NCBI RefSeq assembly: GCF_964204645.1 | Contig: NC_134025.1 | Coordinates: forward strand, 4,340,001 to 4,404,000 | Origin: Tubulanus polymorphus | Lineage: Eukaryota > Animalia > Nemertea | Direction: 5' to 3' | DNA: 64,000 nucleotides | Shown: positions 24,356 to 35,300 of the stretch, piece after piece | Position numbering within the stretch: position 1 is the stretch's first letter | Layout of the letters: each line of letters opens with the position of its first letter | Position numbers and translations under genes: made by a program | The notes under the pieces: generated by a model | What the model was told of the DNA's origin: nothing | Database searches by the model: none | Seen by the model: only the letters and a program-made list of their open reading frames with translations

Positions 24356-25541
24356 ATGGAATCGCTCGTAAAAACTGCTGTATTTATGGCGATCATCACG
24401 GATGGAGTTTCTAGTTCAGTATGCACAAGACAGCTATGCGTGAATCATTGTAAAGCAATCGGTATGAATTGTTTTGGAATAGAAATAGATAGGTCGGATG
24501 GTTTATGTTGTCACCATGTAAGAACCGAATTTGCTAATGGTAAGGATTCTAATGTATATAAAAACTAAGAGTTATAGAGGTTTAAAATATCCATAAACAC
24601 TCAACTGGTAGAATACCCTCACTTTTATGAAATTCGCAACGAAAAACATTCAAAATGCATGATCGATTTCGATGTTTACACAAGATTTTCATCTGGTATA
24701 ACTGGCGAGAATCTTGTGTAATGAATAACAGTTACCCCTTACCAGAATTTACATCGGTTTGCTAAACTAATTCACCACTGTTTTGATATTGTTTTGATAG
24801 TGTTTCAATTTTCTTTTGATTCATTTAGAAACGGAGGACTTCGAAGATGGATTTGGTTTTTGGGAAACAACAGGTGGATGGAATCGTTACATTGGAAAAA
24901 CACCGACGGAAAACACAGGGCCATCTGGTGATCATACGTCTGGCGAGGTATGAATTCTTCCTGCATTTTTCATGCTGAGTGAGAACAGTCATTTCAATTC
25001 GTGACTCCTTGAATTGCTTCATATTATGTACTCATTATAATCTAGGTTATTACATATATCTGAAAGCGCCTAGAAATAAAAACTATCATGTAAGACTGTC
25101 CAGAATACAGACGACAACATCAAACAAATGTAAAATGCACTTCTCGTACCACATGTACGATGATATGGCTACAATGTCATCTTATCTTAAACTTACGATT
25201 GGAGCTTCTGAAGTTTTTAAATTTTCGGGAAATCAAGGAAATCAGTGGTTTACCAGCGTAAGTTTTGATGTACCTGCAGATCAATGGGTAAGGATCATTC
25301 TATACCGAAATCACCTTTCTTGTTATTCTATCGTCAAAAGCATGAAATCGTACTCTTTTCGATGTTTTGTCGTTGTCGCCAGCCTAATCGTAATTCCATA
25401 GTTTTTCCTTGTATCTACTAAGTACTAAAATCCAGTTTCTTGTTTTTCTTTCTTGAATTACAGATTATCTTCACTGGATTCAAAACCTATGTTTCCTCTT
25501 TTGAGATGGCTCTTGATGACATTGTATTTACGAATTGCTAA
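24356..25541 (+). pseudogene. MAM domain gene copy 4, diverged, with apparent 1-bp deletion frameshift
   Basis: Exon 2 (24829-24947) ends TCT GGC GAG|gt (phase 0), whereas copies 1-3 end TCT GGC GGA G|gt (phase 1). Joined to exon 3 (starts 25046) it reads GTT ATT ACA TAT ATC TGA. Could be a sequencing indel. Confidence 0.7.
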
Positions 25542-26394
25542 ACATGACAGTGAGATGTGTTTCAGAAAAAAAAAGTTAAAATTAATCATTTATTTCACTT
25601 ACAAACATACAAGTATGGTTAAAAGATCAAAAAGGAAATAAAATTAGAAATATCAAGATATCATGTTCGAAATATTGAATTGTATCTTATATCTCTTCAT
25701 GTAACGTCCCATTACGTCATAGATTATCATTACGCATGAGAAAAATATGCGTGACGTCAGCGAAGAAATTTTAGAAGGTCCAAATATTGCAACTCACTGT
25801 TTTGATTTATTCGGTAACCAGACCACCAGTGAGAAAAATGCGAGCTAGAAGATGACGGCAGAACTGCAAGCGAATCTCGTAAATACCAACGTCCGGCTCA
25901 CAGGGACGCTTTTCGATTTAGTTACACCTACTGAATTTTTCTTCCCAATTATTCATCTCTCAAGGTCAAGCTTAACAAAAATCCGTGGAATCAATTCATT
26001 TTCCAAATATTGGTACTTTCATTTGTTTATATTTACGTGGCCTCATTATATCCAATCAGTTATCAATCTATTAAGTAAGGCAATAATTTGAATCAAAAGG
26101 TCAAAAATTTCATGATTCTGACTGTAGAGCATATTCTCAACAACCTGTTAAATCTGTAATCGCGTATCATTAATCGGATACGTATCATTAATGATGACAC
26201 AGTGGTGTTACAAGTGAACGCTTGCTTGCCCCTGACATTAACTGCTTTAACCAAAGTCTGTTATGAAATTCATCGCATGGGTTGAATTTACCAAATATGA
26301 TTCGTCGTTGGTATATGACTACTGGCAAGTGTTATGCGCACTTCGCGAAGTATTATGTGCGCTTGGCTTAGTTCTCACAAATATACAAGCAGTC

Positions 26395-29300
26395 ATGGAT
26401 TTTGGGAAATATGTTTGTCATTTTGTATTCCTGGTTATATGTACAAATACGGTAGAAAAAAACACAGGTAATTTCTTTTCACTTGACACATCAAATTTTC
26501 ATTTTTTCTTCGTTCAGGGATGATATTCATAATCTTCCAGAAATATCAGATGAAGTTTTCTAAATTCTAGCTTCAGCTTTTTATACTGGAAGGTTAAATG
26601 AATGCTTCAGTATTGGCGCGCACTATACTGATATCGATAATACTACAAGACTTACCGAATTCATTCCGGGTAATGCCGTCATTACTCCCATACCATTTCG
26701 TCAACAACGAGTATTCAATTTGTGTCTAAGATCAACGGATATCTCTGGTCAACATATCCTTATAAAGGTTGACTCGAAGAAACTTAGGTCGTGGTCGCAA
26801 TGTTACAGTTCGCCTAGAGTAGAAGTATCAGATGGTAATATGAAAAGTTTGATATCTGTCGATAATGGCGTATTTCTAACGAGGAAAAGGTACGTGCACC
26901 TGGATGTGTTCATGAAGTACAACACATATAACGTCGAAGGATTTTGCAATGAACTGAGAATTAGCATAGTTGCGATACCAGAAAATATCATCAATATCGA
27001 GAAGAAGGAAATGCGTATCGAGACGTCATTGCCAAAATACGGTAAAATGCACTATACACTTTGGACTCTAAAGAGCGATGTTCGTTTGAAATTAAATCTT
27101 ACATCATTAGATGTCGGCTCGGATAATAAGGCTATAGAAGACTTACTGCAAATATACAAGATGGCAGAAATACGAACACCTTGGGAAAAAATTAACACAA
27201 ATATTTCACTAGATATGGACGATGGGTAAAATATTCATATTCATTTTTCCTTTTTTCGAAGAAGCAAAACCTCGCTTTCAAATGATAATGAGCAATGGAA
27301 TTTTCTTTTGATAATAGCTTTCCAGATAATGAGCATTTACGCATAATCGATGGCTCAACGCAAGGAATTTATTTTGGAAGAGATAAACTTCAACTTACGC
27401 GTAATTTACACGATCGTATACGCAGACAACTGCCATACTTCGTAACGAAATCGACCAGTTTGACCATTCTTCTCATAAACAGGGGTGAAGCTGCATTCAA
27501 TTTGACGATAAAACCAATACCAGGTAATAAACCGTTGAAATTGTGCTAAAGCATATTTCATATAAATTCAGCGTTGATTTTACATATGCAAGTAACTTTA
27601 TTCGCACAATTTTAAAGGTTTGTCCGATGGCAGATACTCGTGTGTGAGTGGTAAGATTATTTCTGCAAATCAACTTGCTGACGGTAAAATCGATTGCGAT
27701 TCCGGTGAAGATGAAACTGTGAATTGTAAGTAGATAAGTAGGCCTTTTAGTAGTTATTGTTAACAGCGTGAAATAAATGAGCATATTCTGCTGAATAAAT
27801 AACCATGAAATTGTACTGACGTTAATTCAGATCATGTCTGGTGGTTCTTTGCGTTGTCTAAAACGGCGGTAATCCCTGGAAACCCTGTAGCTACATTGTC
27901 TTCGCCAAACGTCTTGGTCACCAGAAGAAGTGGAGCTCAGGTTAAAGCACGATATTCGGAGACGATCAACTTCGGTAGTAGAGCACGGAACTGCTTCTAC
28001 GACACAGGTTACGTGTATTTCTTACTTATCGTTTAAAACATATGCAATAATGAATCGGTATCTTAACACTATTTTCTTTTTAGAATATTGTGGAAATGGA
28101 TTTACCATGTATTTCCGTATAAAAGCGAATGGACTGCAAAGAAAAGATGTGTCAATATTTCGACAGGAATATAACGATTGCACATTGACTCAATATGGAA
28201 TAGATATCAAGTTGGCTGAATGCAATCTAAATGTTGAGATTAGTAATAAGCATCATATATGGACATCACAATATTACTCTTCCGAATGTTTACTTCTCGT
28301 TGATTGGTCCGATTTATTTGTTATATGGAGCCCTAGGAATGGCATAAAGGTACGACACAAAAATAAGAAATATCCATAATTATTATTGACGCAAGACGTT
28401 TTAGTTGATATTCTGTTTGACTTTTTTAGTCAAAGTACAATAAAATGTATGTCATTCTAGATCCATATAAACGATGTTGAGCATAGTGCACATGTCGTAA
28501 CCTCCCAGATTAGACTACGATTGTTTTATGGTTCAAACCTATTTGGATTCATGAGTATGTATGGGTTGCTAACTTCATCTTAACTTAAAATAAAACTATT
28601 AAACCTTTTGTAAGATACTCGATAAACATGGCGATTTTTCCAAATGGTACGTACATGTATTGAAGTATAATTTTGTCCATGTCCTATACAAACAGGTCTG
28701 CCATTCAATACGACCTGGCATTCTAATCTTAATATTGTGAGTATCAAGTTTTTCGATTGGGAAGTAACGTTCCAGCAAAGGAAGCGAGCTATTGGTGAGT
28801 CAATTCTTTTTTTATCTTAAAATAGGGATTGACCCTGTTATTTATATGGTTGGTAAATTTTGTTCGAACTTTTTGATTGAGTGTCCCTTAAAAAACCCAC
28901 CGTCAATTCTACCGTTATGCTTTATTATTACATTCGTTTCGTCAATGAACTTCATTAACTTTTATTTAGAGGATTCATGTTTTCCGAATCCGTGTCTTAA
29001 CGGTGGAACCTGCAGGAAGCACAGAGTAAGGAACTTCATCTGCTTGTGTGCCGCAGATTTTTCGGAATCCATGTGTCAACATTGTATGTAATTCACAACT
29101 ACGAAAAAATGGTAAAGTGGGGAAATTGATTGAAAAATTATGCAATTTTTGGCAAATATATTTCAGATGATGAATCATGTTCTGATAATTTACCGCTTGG
29201 AATGATGTCTGGCCGAATTGTAGATTCACAAATAAGATATTCCTCATGTTTATTCGAATCCAAGAATTTCACGAACTTTAAATGGTCGATGCGACTTTCG

Positions 29301-32300
29301 AATAAACCAAGTATCTACTGGAATGAAGTGCATCCATGGATTCCATCTGCAACCGATCAAAAACCATATATCTCGGTAAAAAGTGCTTGCATTTACAAAA
29401 AATCCATAAATCCATTACCTCGTATAGATGAATATATTATGCGCCTTTGTTTATATTTGCAGATAAGTTTCCAATATTGGACATGGGTCAAATCGATGAT
29501 AATCTCTGGATATCCGACGATTTTCCAACTGGTCGATGACAAACGCATTGGATACGCTTATACATTTCAATTACACTACATAGATAGAAACGGAACGTGG
29601 ACATATTTGGTAGAATACGTTGTCATTACTATACAATATCGTTGCGGGTTTTGAGAACTAGCTTTTAAATTATTACTTAATTATTAATCAATTGATTATT
29701 ATCTTAGGAAGAGTACGCGGGAGCTGATCCGGGTGTATATTCTCTGAGACACGACATCACTGCACCCGGTGTATTCAGCAGCTCCATAAAACTCGTCATC
29801 AACAGACCGGATTTATCTAAATATCCAAGCCTGAAAATGGAGGTGTTTGGTTGCGAAAGTAGGTTTCTTTATAAAAACGTTACTTTATTGAAAAAGTGAA
29901 ATAGTAAGAATATGATTTTCCGGAATCTCGTCATTGTTTTAACTTACAGGCGATGAATTAGCTTTTCCTCTACCAACCCTCACTTACAGATTCGATCCCC
30001 AAGGTTAGATTCACAAATGAATAGAATTGGAACATCAAAGAGAAGTACAAATTGGCGATTTGATTTTTGCATTGCAAATGCGTAATGCGTTATGTTTCGC
30101 GGGATTAACGAGTTTTAGGAAGGGTCTTGACTTCTAAAAGATTCTATGCGAAAATCGCCACACAACCAGCTGATCGAATACTGTTTCTTTTGGAATTTAC
30201 AGGAACTGTTCATCCTTTTATGAATTCCACCGATTACACAAAAACCATCGATCCTAACGTCAAATTAAACATCATATCTAATGCATCAGATGGTTACATA
30301 CAGGAGATCAAATATGCCGGACCTCTTCCGGTTTGCCAAAGTCATACTCTGACAGCTGAAACAGATGATGCACCAAATGCTCACCTTACAGTGTAAGTTA
30401 TGAAGTAGAACTCGTTTAATTAGGATTTTCTAATCTGGACTTTCACCTAATTCTGATGAGATATCTGATCCATTTAACCTCGAACCGTGTAAACTATGAT
30501 ATATTCATAATTTGGATTTTACTTGATTCGAAGAAATCTTGGCATCCGAATTAAGTGAGTTATTCTGTACCTGGATACAGTCGAACCTCGGTACAAGCAC
30601 TGATGTTCGACTGTATATGAAACAAGGACTGATGTTCGACTGTATATGAAAATATTCAATATTTGTAATTCAAAAAGGTGTGATTAGAAGTTTTAATGAG
30701 TATAACATCATTTACGTTCACCTTTCTCGTAGCCATGAAGGAAATTCATCGATTCAGTTCAACAATAAAGCATTTGTTTTATCACCCATTCTTCGTATGA
30801 CATGGAATCCAGTTTATTGCGAAAGCAAATCATTAAGTACTAAATTGGTCATTGCCATTGATGTTACCAGTAAGTAGAAATTTATATCAATGATAATCGA
30901 ATCTTAGATATTTTTCTTACAGTGCCTTGATTTCAGATCACTTTAATCATATAGTTCTGATTTATTACTGTAGAATGTTCTGTGTGTCCGACGTCTACAT
31001 TTGAAGCATGTCGCAAAAAATGCGGCCGCTTGTATTTGCCTTCTCCGCTGACACCAGCACATCAGACGAGACCATACGTCTACACGTGGATGATTAAATC
31101 GAATGAGGATTCACATATAACCCTTGTGTTCACATATATGAATAAATACTCAAAGTTTGTGCCAAACGTTACCATAACAGACCAGCAGCATAATCATGTT
31201 CTAGGATACTACTTAGGAAGCTACTTGTCGGTTATCGAAACTAGGAGTACAGCATCAAATGATATCAATTCGGAGAATTCTACGCAACCACAAACTTTAT
31301 CTCAATATTTTTATCAACCATCCGAGGATTTTGTGCCAGTTTTCTGCACGAATTCCAATTCAATGAAAGTAGAAATGACAACATCCTACCTCATTGCATA
31401 TCACCAGTTCTTCAGGTCGCAGTATTTACTTGTTAACAAATCAAAAAGTAGGTAACGTTAATAATTGATTTATGGTGTCTCCTGATTTAAATATCAAATA
31501 TGATATCAGAAGACCAATGCCGCAAACTATGAGCTTGCCTGTATAATAATACATATAGTGCTAAATCTCATGATGACTTCAAGCCCTTAATGGAAAAATA
31601 TACAACATTACAGGTCATGAGATACAATATTCTATTACATTTCAGTTGTAAGTTTCATTAAAAATATGAGTTTTCAGTCTTTTCTTAAAACATACATCGT
31701 CCGATATGTAAGAACATAGTTATGAACGCTTGACAACTATTTTGATGCAACATTCATGTTCTGTAATTTATTCACATTTTTACGACTGCAATGATTTTCG
31801 GAGTAAACGCACGAAAACTTGCCGAACTTGAAAAAACCAGAACAACTTTGTTAGGATTCTTCATAACGTGATATTCCCGTTGACGTTTACAGGATGTAGA
31901 TTTCCCGTCGTGGATCTGGTACCTATTTCCGGTATTCAGATACCTTTGGGTGGTTCATGTAGAATGGGACGGAATAATCTCTACCTACTCTTTCAAAAAG
32001 ATTATAGAATACACGAACTGAGAATCGAGATGGGTGAGAGAAATCCACAAATTTCCATATTTGGTAAAGGGTATTTTCTACGGCGTTTACTAATTTGAAG
32101 AATTTCTGTAGGGATGGATGCCAAGAATAACACGGGCTCATTTGCTGTAAAGACAGGAATGACCACTATGAAAGAGACCACTCTTGTTTTGATGGATACA
32201 AAGATAGTTTCTTTGAAGTTTGACAACCTTCAGCTTTCATTAGTCGGTGATCGTTACTCTGTGAAAATCAACATGAACAAGAACACGACTTGCCGCGTCC

Positions 32301-35300
32301 AACTCCTCGCAGAACGTAAGCTACTATCTTTCAGTAGACATTCCGAAATTAGAGATGAACATTTCACAGATATTATGCTTAGATTTGTCTTACAATAGCA
32401 ATTGGAAAACTGAAGCTGGGCCAAGAATGTAACGTAACGAAAATCTCGAGATTAGAGATGCACTGCTCGGTTATGTCCCGTGTGGATAATCCACACGTAG
32501 ATGACTATTTCAAGGTAAGGCATTTAGAACGCGATGTATTGTGATTTTCGTTTACCAATCTATCAAATTCTACATTTCGTAGGTATCGTTTGGTACAAGC
32601 GTTGTTGTATCTGGTGTGTTCGTTAATCTAGTTAACCGGGGAGGTATCAACTGGTATGCGACCAAACTACAATTCTATTACCTGGATGACCTCGGTAACT
32701 ATAGACCGTGGATGGTTCCTCCCTCGGTAAGTTCCATCCATTATTTCATTTTACTTGATTCAATCCAAGATTGCATATATGATTTTATGACGTGAGGTAA
32801 TTAGAGAAAGTTTCATTATTGCAACAATATTTTCGCAGGCACCAACAGATGTAAATGATTTGTTTATCCCCCCTATCGTCGTTCCAAAAACTGAATTCAA
32901 ACGAAGGTTCGCCTCTAGTCTGATAACATCAAGCGCCTTGGTGAAAAGTTACGGCCAATTTCCCCCTGAATATCAAATTGAAATTCAATTTCTTGGCAAT
33001 TATTTACAAGGTGTTGGTAAGTTTAATGTATACTGAATCGAACACTTGTTCTCGGCAATTCAGTTCGATAGCTTAAGATTTTTAAACATATCTATATCAT
33101 TTCATTCTAACAGTTACCACGCTGAAGCCACAGAAAACGTTCGTCAGTTTTCCAACCCCAGAACACCCCTTCATGGCGAATCGGGACGCAATCTTTGAGT
33201 TCTCGTTGACGTCTAAATTGCTATTCGTTTCATTAAAGCCTGTGCAAGATTCTATTCAACCTGGATACTTCAATTTACCAAAAGAGCAAGTATAAAACTT
33301 ACGCAAATATTACTATCTCAGACGGTTAGATAATCTGCTCTATCTTTTTTTGTCATTTTAGACCCAATGATGAATCAAATACCTACACTGCGTTGAGAAT
33401 ATCGAAAAATAAAGCATTTACTCTCGTATTCACTTCTCTCTTTAACGGAAAACTGCCGTTAGTTATTTCCAGTTCAAAGACTCTTAAACTAACTCTAGAA
33501 ACCCATTTTACGATGAAGGGAATGAATTTTCAATCGAATGGAAGATTGGGTTTCAAAATCTTTTACGAAAGCACAAGTGAGTCTGTATCATATTATCGAC
33601 AAAGTAAACGTAAATGTGATAATCATACCACATGCCTGAAATTTAAAAAAAAACATTGAAAACGATATTTCATTTCAGATATTTCCAGTTGTGATAATTA
33701 CCCTGGAAACTCTTTCGTCTGTTTCCACGATACCGCGTTTATTCATAACTTCGAATATCCAAATGCCAAGTATCGTACCGAAACGCTATGGAAGATTATC
33801 ACAAAACCGGGTTATTTCATCAAATTAGAACTCCTTGAATTTGGCGACGGAAAGCCCCACCCGTGTCTTCGTAATTACATACAAATAAAGGATCTGGTTG
33901 CAGTAACGCGCGATGACAAACGTATATGTCCGCCACCTAAAAATAATGACGCGTTTAGATCTTCGTCGAATGCAGTGACGGTAAAGCACAGTACCGATGC
34001 TAATCTGGGTATGAAGATGTTTTATACATCGGAATTAAGTTTAATGGCACGTGTCGATATTCTTGATATCAGCTCGAATGAAAATTATAGTTCTCTTTGT
34101 GAAAACGGTTGGATTTGGTTTAAGAATAATTGCTATCAACGGAAAATCATTACGACATCATTCAATTGGATAAGAGCAGAGGCAGCGTGTAACACCCTGT
34201 CTAGTCATCTGATCAGTATCGTGGACGAGGACGAGCTCGACTTTGCTCATAGTCTTATGATGAATGGTTCAAATAAACTGGGCGAAGCAATGTTTATTGG
34301 TCTGACACATGGCAAGAATCAAGTAGAGAAAAGATGGTCGGATGGGCGTCCATTGACTTATACGAACTGGTACCGTCATCTTGATAGTATTGCCACCGAT
34401 AACCCAGCTAACTACCAACCTAATGGCGGTAATTTTGAAAGATGTACGTCGATCATTGTGCGGTCGTTGTCCCATAAAGATCACTGGAACGATGTCCCAT
34501 GTTCATTTAACGATCCCGAACTTCCTACGAATATAATCATTTGTAAGAAAAGTCAGAAGAATTGGCCCACGGAATATTTTCTATCATCAGTTAATAAAAT
34601 GCTAGATTCTGCTTACAAGAGACACTCATTACGATGCCCGACATCGTATTTCCAGTGTAATAATGGTGAATGTGTATTGTTAACTAATGTTTGCGATGGT
34701 GTAAATGATTGCCACGATGAAAGTGATGAAACGTCTCTTCTGGCAAACGCTTACTGTACTGAACGATATAAATTCAGGTGCAAAGATGGTGGCACTATAT
34801 CGATATCCAGTGTCTGTGACACTTCACCTGATTGTATCGATAAATCCGATGAAATGGGCTGCTGTAAGTTTTTTTTAATGAAAGTTTCCCTGCTGTTATG
34901 TACAATTTCCATAGATATTTAATATGGTTACTAAATACTATCTTACAGATTATCGGCAATGTTCTTCGACCGAATTCAGGTGTGCAAACAGCCAATGTAT
35001 TGAGGAACGCTATCGATGTGACGTCACGATAAATTGCTTTGACGGAAGTGACGAAACGAACTGCGATGACAAATTGTTCACGTGCTACGATTCGACCCTA
35101 TTGGCGCACGAACGAGTCTGTGATGGAATTGTTGACTGTCCAGGGTTACTGAAAGAAGATGAATATAAATGCTACAACGATTCTTTATCGGGAACCATCA
35201 TCGACTGCATTGATCTGAAAACGGATGTATTAAAGCGTAACCACAGTAGATGCTCTTGTAATAATAAAAAGATGATCGACACTGATATACTTTGTTTATA

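Larger units (their letters stand above)
15650..25700 (+). repeat. Tandem segmental array, 4 units of ~2.9 kb, each with one MAM-domain gene
   Basis: Homologous start codons at 15689, 18562, 21456 and 24356 (periods 2873, 2894, 2900). Introns and spacers are near-identical between units 1-3. Boundaries are approximate. Confidence 0.95.
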
